A DNA stretch of 64,000 nt. Origin: Clostridia bacterium (GTDB lineage: Bacteria > Bacillota > Clostridia > RGIG6154). This document shows, in pieces, positions 9,269 through 18,461 of the stretch. The translations under genes were made by a program, and so were the position numbers. The notes beneath the pieces were generated by a model that was not told the origin of the DNA, searched no databases, and was given only the letters and a program-made list of their open reading frames with translations. The stretch covers positions 15,004 through 79,003 of the forward strand of contig JAGAJK010000077.1 of assembly GCA_017626145.1 (NCBI GenBank). The letters are read 5' to 3'. Within the stretch, counting starts at the first letter, position 1. Every line of letters begins with the position of its first letter.

Positions 9269-10141
9269 TTGGAAAAGGCTGTAGATACATATCTTAATTT
9301 TCAGAATAAAGTAAAAAAGCTGTCAGGTAATACCGTTTCTTCTTACAGAAGAGATTTATATGCTTTTGCGGTTTATCTTCAGGAAAAATCAATAAGCTAT
9401 AAAAAAGTAAAGAAAACTGATATATATGAGTACATATCACAGCTGCAGCATAAGGGAAAATCTCAGGCAACTGTAGCAAGAGTTGTTGCATCTATACGTA
9501 ATTTTTATCATTATCTGTGTATGTCCGGAAATATGAAAAAAGATCCGTCGTCGGGAATTTCTGCACCTAAAATCGAGAAAAAGCTTCCCGGTATCCTGAC
9601 ATTAAGCGAGGTTGACAGACTTCTTTCACAACCGTCAGGTACTTCTTACAAAGAACGTCGGGATAAAGCTATGCTTGAATTATTGTATGCAACAGGAATC
9701 AGAGTTTCGGAGCTTATTGAACTGACTGTTGATAATCTTGATATGGATAACTATGTGATTATGTTTATTGAAAACGGTAAACAGAGAATAGTTCCTTTTG
9801 GTAATCAGGCACATAAGGCGCTTGAATTGTATTTTGAAAGCTCACCGTATCATAGTGAGCCGGGCATTTCACTATTTACAAATCTTTACGGTAAAAAGCT
9901 TACACGTCAGGGCTTCTGGAAAATTATTAAACATTATAAGGTAATGGCAGCAATAAAAAAAGATATTACACCACAGATGCTCAGACATTCTTTTGCAGCC
10001 CATCTTATGGACAACGGTATTGATAATTCATCATTACAGGAGCTTATGGGTTATTCAGCGATAGCATCTGTAAAAAAGTATGAGGAGCTTTCAGGAAAAC
10101 GTATAGTCGATATTTATAAAAAAGTACATCCGAGAGCATAA
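9269..10141 (+). CDS. xerD: Tyrosine recombinase XerD/RipX-like (TTG start)
   Basis: MLELLYATGIRVSEL, GKQRIVPFG, LRHSFAAHL and a C-terminal ...DIYKKVHPRA resembling RipX. Two conserved His positions appear substituted (see findings). Confidence 0.8.
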   Translation: MEKAVDTYLNFQNKVKKLSGNTVSSYRRDLYAFAVYLQEKSISYKKVKKTDIYEYISQLQHKGKSQATVARVVASIRNFYHYLCMSGNMKKDPSSGISAPKIEKKLPGILTLSEVDRLLSQPSGTSYKERRDKAMLELLYATGIRVSELIELTVDNLDMDNYVIMFIENGKQRIVPFGNQAHKALELYFESSPYHSEPGISLFTNLYGKKLTRQGFWKIIKHYKVMAAIKKDITPQMLRHSFAAHLMDNGIDNSSLQELMGYSAIASVKKYEELSGKRIVDIYKKVHPRA

Positions 10142-10215
10142 ATTATATAGAATATACATATATTGACACAGAAGATTTCTGTGTCTTTTTATTATATTCA
10201 GAAAGGAAGAATAGA

Positions 10216-11356
10216 TTTGAAAAGGCTTGTGTCCATAATTGTATTAATTGTAACGCTTTGCGTTAATCTAAGCGTGTATGCTAAAGATATGGAAACACTT
10301 ACAGGCAGGTCACTGATACTTGCATCAGGCGACGGAAAAGTTCTGTTTGAAAAAAATGCTGATGAAAAGCTTCCTCCTGCATCGGTAACTAAAATCACAA
10401 CTGCTTTGCTTGTAATGGAAGCAATTGACCAGGGAAAGGTATCTTTTGAGGATATAGTAACAGTAAGTGAAACGGCAGCGAATAAAACAGGCTCGCATAT
10501 TTTTCTTGCACCGGGAGAGGAAATGAGCGTAAAAGACCTTATGAAAGGTCTGATGGTTGCATCTGGTAACGATGCCGCTATAGCTCTCGCTGAGCACTTG
10601 TGCGGAAGTGAAGAAGCGTTTGTTAAAGAGATGAATGCAAAAGCAAAAAAGCTTGGAATGAAAAATACAAACTATATTAACTGCAACGGTCTTGATGCTG
10701 ACAATCATTATTCATCTGCAAGAGATATAATGATAGTTACCTCAGAGCTTATGAAGTATGAAAAAATATTTGAGTTTTCTACTATCTGGATGGATACACT
10801 CAGAAACGGTGAATTTCAGCTTGCAAACACCAATAAGCTTGTAAGATTTTATGAAGGTGCCAACGGTATGAAAACGGGTTCAACTTCGATTGCTAAATAT
10901 TGTCTTAGTGCCACCGCAAAAAGAAACGATGTTCAGCTTATCGCTGTTGTTCTTCAGGCACCTACATCGAAGGACCGTTTCGGGGATGCATCAACAATGC
11001 TGAACTATGGCTTTAATACATACGAAAATGTAAAGGTTTGCGAAAAAGGGAAGGTGCATTCATATACCGATGTTAAAAAAGGCACGCAAAACAGCGTAGG
11101 ACTTATGTTTGAAAATGATTTTAGTTCATTGGAGAAAAAAGGAAATGCACAAAACATACATTACGAAATAAAGAATATCGAGGAATTTGTAACAGCACCT
11201 GTTAAAAAGGGAGAAAAGCTTGGAACAGCGGAAATTTATAACGGAGAGAAAAAAATAGGAGAGGTTAGTCTTGTAGCTCGCGACAGCATAGAGAAAGTAA
11301 CCTTGTGGTACACGTTTACAAAGCTGTACAATACATTTGCAAACTTTATAATTTAA
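10216..11356 (+). CDS. dacB: D-alanyl-D-alanine carboxypeptidase (PBP5/DacB family, peptidase S11), catalytic motifs intact
   Basis: Signal peptide, then SxxK (PPASVTK), SxN (ASGND) and KTG (GMKTGST) motifs. TTG start at 10216 after an AGGAAG RBS; the alternative start is 10163. Confidence 0.82.
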
Positions 11357-11360
11357 AAAA

Positions 11361-11389
11361 ACAGGGATTATATTCCCTGTTTTTTAAAT
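11361..11389. terminator. Bidirectional Rho-independent terminator between convergent genes
   Basis: aaaaaaacagggattatattccctgtttttt. Confidence 0.8.
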
Positions 11390-12463
11390 TTATCGGTATT
11401 CTCTTTCAATTGTATCTGAAAGTAATATAGGGTTTGCTTGCAGAATAACCTTGTCGCCGGGTTTTGCATCAATATCAGTAATATCACATATTATGTTGAA
11501 CATACCTGTTCTCCCTAAAATCTCAGCTTTTTTACCGCATATTTCAACATAATGCTTCTGTGTTTTCAAATCACTTAAAATATAACGTATTTTATCACGC
11601 AATCTGAAAGTGTCCCTGCTTTTTTCTGTCATAAAGCCATGAGCATATCCAACAGGCACAATTGCAGTTTTTGTATCTTTTGTAGTATTGTATGTGTTTC
11701 CGTAGCCAATGTTACTTCCTTTTTTCAGAAAATTGGTGTCAACTATTTCTGATTCAAGAAAACCAACCTTTTGAAATCCTATAGATGCCGAACCCAAAAT
11801 TCTTCCCAGAAATGCTGAACCTACACGAACGCAATCAAGATGACTCTCTTTGCAATTAAGAAATGCACTTGAGTTGGATATATGCAAAGCACCGGTAGCA
11901 AAACCGTTTTTGTTAAGAGCTTCAACACAATTTTTAAAGCTGGAAAGCGGCTCAAGAGTATCATTCTTATTTTTTGAAAAGCTGAAGGAAAAATGTGAAA
12001 ATGTACCGCAGTAGTCAATATTATATTCTTTAAGGCTTAGAATTAAATCTATATCATTGTAATCGAAGCCACATCTACCCATTCCTGTATTTATTTCTAT
12101 ATGAGCCTTCGGTATTGTATCAAATTTTTTGCCGGCTTCTTCAAGTGCCTTGGCAGAATCAACAGAGCCTACTGTTGCAATGATATTGTTTTCTGCAATT
12201 TTTTCACAGTCATTTCTGGTTGCATATGATGTAAGAAGTAAAATATCTGTTTCGGGGAAAGCATTTTTAAGAGTTACAGCCTCCTCAATCTCTGAAACAG
12301 CAAGTATTTTAATTCCATTTTCAGTCAGAATTTTGGCAAATGGTATTAAACCAAGTCCGTAACCGTTGCATTTAATCATAGCAATTACCGTGCTGTCGGT
12401 CATTTGTTTAATTATATTTATGTTGTTTATAAGCTTATCTTTTTCTACAATGTATTTATTCAT
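11390..12463 (-). CDS. alr: Alanine racemase-family PLP enzyme
   Basis: An N-terminal AMIKCNGYGLG region resembles the Alr PLP-lysine motif AVVKANAYGHG. The two-domain racemase length is about 357 aa. Confidence 0.65.
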   Translation of the reverse strand: MNKYIVEKDKLINNINIIKQMTDSTVIAMIKCNGYGLGLIPFAKILTENGIKILAVSEIEEAVTLKNAFPETDILLLTSYATRNDCEKIAENNIIATVGSVDSAKALEEAGKKFDTIPKAHIEINTGMGRCGFDYNDIDLILSLKEYNIDYCGTFSHFSFSFSKNKNDTLEPLSSFKNCVEALNKNGFATGALHISNSSAFLNCKESHLDCVRVGSAFLGRILGSASIGFQKVGFLESEIVDTNFLKKGSNIGYGNTYNTTKDTKTAIVPVGYAHGFMTEKSRDTFRLRDKIRYILSDLKTQKHYVEICGKKAEILGRTGMFNIICDITDIDAKPGDKVILQANPILLSDTIEREYR

Positions 12464-13521
12464 TACTTACGGAGCATAACCTTTCTGCGTAAATTTCTGT
12501 ATGCAGGTTCACCTTTTTCAACGAGAAATCTCATAACAGGGTCAAAAACAAAGTCAATATCTCCTATAAATTCGGTAAAGTCACCCATAAAGCCCTTCTT
12601 GAAACGGTAAAGTCCGTATAACGGATTATCAGGGGAAAGGTCTCCGGATACACCTCTGAAGTCGTAAATTCTTGATTTTGATTCAATTGCCCATTTAATC
12701 ATTTCCCACTGGAGAAGGTAGTTTGGCATAACATTTCTGTAATCATTGGAGCTTGCACCGTAAAGATACCATACCTTGTCGCCGTATTTAAGTGCTATTG
12801 TACCGGAAATTATCTTACCTTCATAATGCGCAAGATATAAACGCAAATTATCGCCGGGAGCCATAACATCATACATTTTTTCAAAGTATTCAAGAGTTCT
12901 TACAACAAATTCGTCTCTCTGTCCTGTTTCAACCATTATCTCGTGAAAACGCTTAAGATCTTCACGTTTTCCCAGGGAAACTGTAACATTGTTTTTTATG
13001 GCAACACGGATATTGTAGCGTGTTTTATTGTGGAATGACATAAAAACTTCATCTTCGGTTTTATTTTCAACATTAAGTCTGAAAACGAAACGAGGCTGAA
13101 TACCTTCAAAATTTTTTGACGCTTTTTGAATTTTAAAGCCATTTTCCGCTACGATAGTTTTAAATTCTTCATCTGAAATAACAACATCAGGGTCAATTTT
13201 TAAGGTATAAGCATTATATTTTTTACCCAGCTCTTTTGCAGAGTCGAAAAGACTTTTAAGTACTTTACGGTCGTGAATATCACAAACAGGTCCTCGTGGA
13301 CTGTACATAAGTGTTTTCTTAAAAATCGGAACCTTGCGGATGAGGATGCTCATAACGCCGTTAATTTTTCCATTTTCGTCACGGCTTAAAACAACTTCAT
13401 TTTTCCAGTTGTTTTTAATTTCAGACCACATAGTTGTCTGGCAAAAATGTCCCTTTGGGCAAGCTGCGACAAAGTCATTATATTCCTTTACTTCATTTTG
13501 GTTGTTTTTGTCAAGTATCAT
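12463..13521 (-). CDS. FemAB-family aminoacyltransferase (FemX-like peptidoglycan bridge-formation protein)
   Basis: FemAB-family N-terminal region (MILDKNNQNEVKEYNDFVAACPKGHFCQTTMWSEIK...). The stop codon overlaps the alr start (TAATG). An AAGGAG RBS precedes the ATG at 13521. Confidence 0.7.
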   Translation of the reverse strand: MILDKNNQNEVKEYNDFVAACPKGHFCQTTMWSEIKNNWKNEVVLSRDENGKINGVMSILIRKVPIFKKTLMYSPRGPVCDIHDRKVLKSLFDSAKELGKKYNAYTLKIDPDVVISDEEFKTIVAENGFKIQKASKNFEGIQPRFVFRLNVENKTEDEVFMSFHNKTRYNIRVAIKNNVTVSLGKREDLKRFHEIMVETGQRDEFVVRTLEYFEKMYDVMAPGDNLRLYLAHYEGKIISGTIALKYGDKVWYLYGASSNDYRNVMPNYLLQWEMIKWAIESKSRIYDFRGVSGDLSPDNPLYGLYRFKKGFMGDFTEFIGDIDFVFDPVMRFLVEKGEPAYRNLRRKVMLRK

Positions 13522-13649
13522 TGTTTTCTCCTTTTTGTGCATTATCACATAAAGCCGTCTCATATAATTAAAGGGTGATTATATGATTAAATTCCGTTTA
13601 TTTTTATTATTTGTATTAACTGTTCTGGCAATTCTCTGTATAGTAAGAA

Positions 13650-14924
13650 TTACATTTTTTTAAGCTCTTCAAAACGGGCACGTTTTGCTTTTTTCTTCTT
13701 TATAGACTTGTTTTTGTAATATATAACAAAAATAATGAATAAAAGAATTGCAATTATAAGCAATGTGTTAACCTTTGAAAAGAACTGATTGTAAAGGTAT
13801 GCAAAGGGGCTGCCTTTAACATCGTTTTCTGCGACGAGAGAAACTGTTGCAACCTTCTTGCCGTCGTAAAGATATTCTACGGTTCCGATTTTCTGACCCT
13901 TGGTCACAGGTGCGGAAATTTCCTCAGGAATCTGAGACTGTGTTGTAATTTTCTCCTTTGTATAACCGAGAGGAATAAGTGTCATAACATCCCTGTCCGT
14001 AACAAGATGGAGCACGGGAGTTTTCCCATTCGGAACATTTACCTGCTCAATAATATCACCTGCAGTACATATTTTACGTGGATAATAGTTTTTAAATCCG
14101 TGTTCAAAAAGATTTATAGTATCTTTATATATACTGAAATCATCGGGTGAATTTACAATTATAGCAATAAGAGTTGAACCGTTTTTGGTAGCTGTAGCTA
14201 TAATGCTTTCAGTTCCGTTGTTTTTGGATACCATCATACCGTTTGCCGCAGAGTATGTATAATCTGAATAGGTATATTTGCTTATAAGATGATTGCGGCT
14301 TGAGTACATTTCCATTTCTTCATTTTCAAACATAAGTTCAAACTGGTCCATAGCAAGAACATCCATAATATCCTTATCTTTGGATACAGCCCTTGCAAGG
14401 ATGTACAGGTCGTTTACCGTCGTTTTACTTATGCCTGTCTGGTCGTAACCGCATGGAGAAGCAAAAACTGTATCGTTCATACCAAGCTCTTTTGCTTTTT
14501 TGTTCATTTCTTCGGTAAAGGCCTTAACACTGCCGCTGTATGCTATAGCAAGCTCTGTGGCACTGGCGTCTGAATACAAAAGGAGCATATTTCTTAAATG
14601 ATGACGAACCTTAACTTTAATTCCGGTTTTATAGCCGGCGATGTTTCCGTATTCATTATGAAATACCAAAGGCTCCTGCTTAAAGGTGAGCCAGTCACCG
14701 GGGTAGAATTTTTCCATACATATTAATGCTGTCATAAGCTTGGAAAACTCATTAGGTGCAATTGAAACAGAGCAACCCTGCTGTGTAAGAACATTATCCT
14801 CGCTGAGTTCAGCCAGAAAATAAGAGTTTGCCGTAACAGCCGACAGATTGTTTGCACTGACTGTTGTGCTGAGCATCATAATGATTGTTAAAATTAAAAT
14901 AATAGTCTTTTTCATATTCTTCTC
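13650..14924 (-). CDS. PBP5/DacB-like protein with degenerate active site (predicted catalytically inactive), signal peptide and C-terminal TM anchor
   Basis: Alignable along its length to the dacB product at 10216-11356, but SxxK becomes NEFSK, SxN becomes SDA and KTG is lost. A GGAGAAG RBS precedes the ATG at 14924. Confidence 0.7.
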   Translation of the reverse strand, partial: EKNMKKTIILILTIIMMLSTTVSANNLSAVTANSYFLAELSEDNVLTQQGCSVSIAPNEFSKLMTALICMEKFYPGDWLTFKQEPLVFHNEYGNIAGYKTGIKVKVRHHLRNMLLLYSDASATELAIAYSGSVKAFTEEMNKKAKELGMNDTVFASPCGYDQTGISKTTVNDLYILARAVSKDKDIMDVLAMDQFELMFENEEMEMYSSRNHLISKYTYSDYTYSAANGMMVSKNNGTESIIATATKNGSTLIAIIVNSPDDFSIYKDTINLFEHGFKNYYPRKICTAGDIIEQVNVPNGKTPVLHLVTDRDVMTLIPLGYTKEKITTQSQIPEEISAPVTKGQKIGTVEYLYDGKKVATVSLVAENDVKGSPFAYLYNQFFSKVNTLLIIAILLFIIFVIYYKNKSIKKKKAKRARFEELKKM

Positions 14925-15073
14925 CTGATTTTGTACAATTATATAAGAAAATTGTAGCATAAATATGCATTAATGTCAAACAAAATACGTTTTTCCTCTT
15001 GCATTTGTTTTAAATTTGGTTTATGATATATATTAGAGATAATTATAAGCATTTGTAAGAAGGAAGGAAAAAA

Positions 15074-15757
15074 ATGAAATTATTAATTGTTGACGACGAA
15101 AGACTTCTTGTTAAAGGTCTTAAATTCAATTTTGAGCAGGACGGATATGAGGTTGAAACTGCCGGAGATGGTGAAGAAGCAGTCCGTATTGCAAGAAGTC
15201 AGAATATAGATTTGATTATACTTGACCTTATGTTGCCTAAAATGGATGGTCTTGAGGTTTGTCAGAAAGTAAGGGAAACCTCAAATGTTCCAATAATTAT
15301 GCTTACGGCAAAGGCGGAGGATATGGATAAAATCTTAGGTCTCGAATACGGAGCGGACGATTATCTTACAAAGCCTTTTAATATACTTGAATTAAAGGCA
15401 AGAGTAAAAGCAATTCTCCGTAGAAGAGGAGCTAAAACAGATACAGCGGATAACGAAATATCCAAAAGCGGAATCAAGCTTGACCGTATGTCGAGAACAG
15501 CAAATGTTGACGGCAGAGTTATTGAGCTTACCGTAAAAGAGTACGATATTATGGAGCTTCTTATGACAAATACAGGCAGAGTATATTCACGCGATGATTT
15601 GCTTGACATAATCTGGGGTGTAGGATATCCAAAAGATGCAAGAACAGTTGACGTTCATGTAAGAAGACTGCGTGAAAAAATTGAAGCCGATTCGGCTCAG
15701 CCAAAATACATAATGACAAAATGGGGAGTGGGTTACTATTTCAACAGCAAGCAGTAA
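15074..15757 (+). CDS. OmpR-family response regulator (WalR/YycF-like)
   Basis: Receiver domain (DDE...D, MLTAKAEDMD, GADDY.TKPF) plus a winged-helix C-terminus. Confidence 0.88.
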   Translation: MKLLIVDDERLLVKGLKFNFEQDGYEVETAGDGEEAVRIARSQNIDLIILDLMLPKMDGLEVCQKVRETSNVPIIMLTAKAEDMDKILGLEYGADDYLTKPFNILELKARVKAILRRRGAKTDTADNEISKSGIKLDRMSRTANVDGRVIELTVKEYDIMELLMTNTGRVYSRDDLLDIIWGVGYPKDARTVDVHVRRLREKIEADSAQPKYIMTKWGVGYYFNSKQ

Positions 15758-15824
15758 AAACGGAGGAAAATATAAATTCGGACATATAAGATTCCGTCTG
15801 ATAATTGCATATCTTAGTATCATC

Positions 15825-17174
15825 GTGCTTACTCTTGTTTTTATATCGACATATATTCTCGCGACCATAAGTCAGTATCTTTATAATCAGAATCAGGTTG
15901 AGCTTCTTGCCAATGCAAACGTAGTCGCAAATACGGTTTCTGATTATATCAAGGATAATCGGGAATTGATTCCGGTTGCTGTAAGCCGTCTTAGCCTGGG
16001 AGATTCTGTAAGAGTAATAATTACTGATAAAGATGCAGTTGTGCTTCATGATTCTGCAAGTGAACACGCAAATATCGAAGGTAAAACGCTTGTAAAGCCA
16101 GAGGTTATTAAAGCTCTTAAGGGAAGCGACTCTGTAGGCAGATATGATGAGAGTGAAATAGGTACTATTATACAGGGAGCGGTTTCGGTTATATCTGATT
16201 CAGATGTAGTAGGTGTGGTATACCTTTCCGAAGCAGCAAAATCAACTGATGACTTTATGGCGGACATACGCTGGATACTTATTGTCATTTCACTTATAGT
16301 ATGTATTCTTATTGGCGTTTTAAGCTCAGTTATGGCAGATGTAATAGTAAGCCCTATAGAAAAGCTGACTAAAATTATCAATAAAATGAAAAGCAGTTCT
16401 ATGGAAGAACGTGTTCCTGTTAACGGTAATGATGAAATTGCTCAGCTTGGGGATGCTTTTAATCAGCTTACCGACAGACTTAACGAAATGGAGGAAAAGC
16501 GTCGTCAATTTGTTTCAAATGCATCTCACGAGTTGAAAACACCTCTTAGCTCAATTAAGCTTTTAAGTGACTCCGTTTTATCTATGGAGACCCTTGATGA
16601 GGAATATGTAAGGGAATTTATGGAGGATATAAACGGTGAGATTGACAGACTGACAAAAATTATCAACCGTCTGCTTTCACTGACCAAGCTGGATATAAAT
16701 TACGAAGAGCTTGAGCTTAAGGTAACAGATATAAATGAAATGGCACAGCGAATAGTAAAGAGTCTTATGCCTGTTGCTCTTAATAAATCAATAAAACTGC
16801 ATTTATTTACCGAAAATGAAGTTCTTGCAATGGTTGACAGGGAAAAATTCTGGCAGGTGCTTTATAACATTACCGATAATGCTGTTAAATATACTCCCGA
16901 GGGCGGCACAGTAAGTCTTTATGTGTTTGGTGAAGGCGACTATGTAAGAATCGAAGTTATTGATAATGGTATAGGTATACCTGAAGGTCAGATTGATAAG
17001 ATATTTGACAGATTTTACCGTGTTGATAAAGCCCGTTCCCGTGAAAGCGGCGGAACAGGACTTGGACTTTCTATTGTTAAGGATGTTGTTGATTCTCATA
17101 ACGGCGAAATTGTTGTAGACAGTAAAGAAAATGACGGAACAAAATTTGTTATCGTTATTCCTAAAAAGCTTTGA
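15825..17174 (+). CDS. Sensor histidine kinase (TM-HAMP-HisKA-HATPase). The N-terminus is probably longer than annotated.
   Basis: H-box SHELKTPLSS, and N-, G1- and G2-boxes (DNAVKYT, DNGIGIP, GGTGLGLSI). Only a GTG at 15825 was found in frame, but the frame is open for about 25 codons upstream. Confidence 0.8.
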   Translation: MLTLVFISTYILATISQYLYNQNQVELLANANVVANTVSDYIKDNRELIPVAVSRLSLGDSVRVIITDKDAVVLHDSASEHANIEGKTLVKPEVIKALKGSDSVGRYDESEIGTIIQGAVSVISDSDVVGVVYLSEAAKSTDDFMADIRWILIVISLIVCILIGVLSSVMADVIVSPIEKLTKIINKMKSSSMEERVPVNGNDEIAQLGDAFNQLTDRLNEMEEKRRQFVSNASHELKTPLSSIKLLSDSVLSMETLDEEYVREFMEDINGEIDRLTKIINRLLSLTKLDINYEELELKVTDINEMAQRIVKSLMPVALNKSIKLHLFTENEVLAMVDREKFWQVLYNITDNAVKYTPEGGTVSLYVFGEGDYVRIEVIDNGIGIPEGQIDKIFDRFYRVDKARSRESGGTGLGLSIVKDVVDSHNGEIVVDSKENDGTKFVIVIPKKL

Positions 17175-17193
17175 CAGTTAAAGGAGGAATCGT

Positions 17194-18096
17194 ATGAAAA
17201 GGATAACAGCACTTATTTTATGTATTGTGTTTCTTCTGCTTACCGGCTGCTCGGGCAGCTCTGAGAAAATGAATGTAAAGCTTTGCTTTCTTGATTCGGA
17301 GAAGACGGGCGTGGTATATGAGGAAAGGGAAATTTCATATACGAAGGATGAAGAAATTCCATCCCTTGTTATGGATGAGTTTCTTAAAGGTCCTGAAAAC
17401 AGTGAATTAAGAACAATTGTTCCGGAAGGATTAAGAGTTAATGAAGTAATTACAAATAATAATCTTATTGTTGTGGATTTTTCTTCTGAGTTCGTACAGG
17501 AGAACAATGCAGACAATCTTTTGCTTCGTACTTGCGTTGTAAATACATTAACAGCAGTAGCCGGTATCGATAATGTTCTTATTCTTGTAAACGGAGATAA
17601 TCTAACCGACGTTAACGGAGATGTTATAGGTATAATTAAAAAAGGGGATATAGTTTCTGACCAGGAGCTTACCCAGGAAACTGATGCTCTTATTACCTTG
17701 TACTTCTCTGAAAGTGATTATGCAGCACTTATTTCTGAAACGAGAGAGGTTACTATATCTCAGAACGAAACTACCGAAATGAAAATAATGAAAGAGTTAC
17801 TGAAAGGACCGGAGAAAAAGAATCTTCAGAGGACAATTCCGGCAGAAACTAAAATTCTTTCTGTAGAAACAAAGGACGGTGTGTGCTTTGTAAATCTTTC
17901 ACAGGATTTCATATCTAAAAATTCAGGCGGAATCTCCGCACAGACTTTGTCGGTATACTCAATTGTAAATTCACTTACAGAGCTTGAAATGGTCGATAAG
18001 GTTCAGTTCCTGATAGAAGGACAAAAAGTAGAAAGCTTCATTGATATGATTTTTAACGAGCCATTTGTACGTGATGAAGGGCTTATACGAAACTAA
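17194..18096 (+). CDS. Lipoprotein with two GerMN-like domains (GerM-like)
   Basis: Lipobox LLLTGCSG and a twice-repeated LKGPE.....R(T)I(V)P module. A strong AAAGGAGGAA RBS precedes it. Confidence 0.65.
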   Translation: MKRITALILCIVFLLLTGCSGSSEKMNVKLCFLDSEKTGVVYEEREISYTKDEEIPSLVMDEFLKGPENSELRTIVPEGLRVNEVITNNNLIVVDFSSEFVQENNADNLLLRTCVVNTLTAVAGIDNVLILVNGDNLTDVNGDVIGIIKKGDIVSDQELTQETDALITLYFSESDYAALISETREVTISQNETTEMKIMKELLKGPEKKNLQRTIPAETKILSVETKDGVCFVNLSQDFISKNSGGISAQTLSVYSIVNSLTELEMVDKVQFLIEGQKVESFIDMIFNEPFVRDEGLIRN

Positions 18097-18097
18097 A

Positions 18098-18130
18098 AAA
18101 AATGGGATGTAGATATATACATCCCATTTT
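18098..18130. terminator. Bidirectional terminator
   Basis: aaaaaaaatgggatgtagatatatacatcccattttttaa. Confidence 0.8.
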
Positions 18131-18313
18131 TTAATCTGTAGTTATTTTAACTGTTCTTCTTTTTCTTACAACACGTTTGGTAAGGTCTTCCTCATACTTT
18201 CTGCAAGGGCTGTCTTCGGACATAACCCCTTTTTTAGCACAAACTATATCGTTATTACAGCACAATACGTTACCGTAAACACAAGTTGTGCAGCTTTTAA
18301 CTGTTTCTTCCAT
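18131..18313 (-). CDS. Small cysteine-rich protein (60 aa, 7 Cys, basic C-terminal tail), possibly metal-binding
   Basis: MEETVKSCTTCVYGNVLCCNNDIVCAKKG...SPCRKYEE...RKRR. A terminator lies immediately 3' of it. It is divergent from spoVB. Confidence 0.45.
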   Translation of the reverse strand: MEETVKSCTTCVYGNVLCCNNDIVCAKKGVMSEDSPCRKYEEDLTKRVVRKRRTVKITTD

Positions 18314-18461
18314 TGTGAATCCCTGCCTTAAAAATTTTTATATTCTTATTGTATCACGAAATATTTGATTTTGCAACTGCATAAAATTAATTATTGATAT
18401 TAATTTCGATTTATGATATACTTAATGGTATATAACCTACATCTTGTCAGGAGGCATTAAT

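Noticed and set aside
12129-12610. Plus-strand ORFs of 77 aa and 68 aa
   Set aside because: They are antisense to alr and femX and are spurious.
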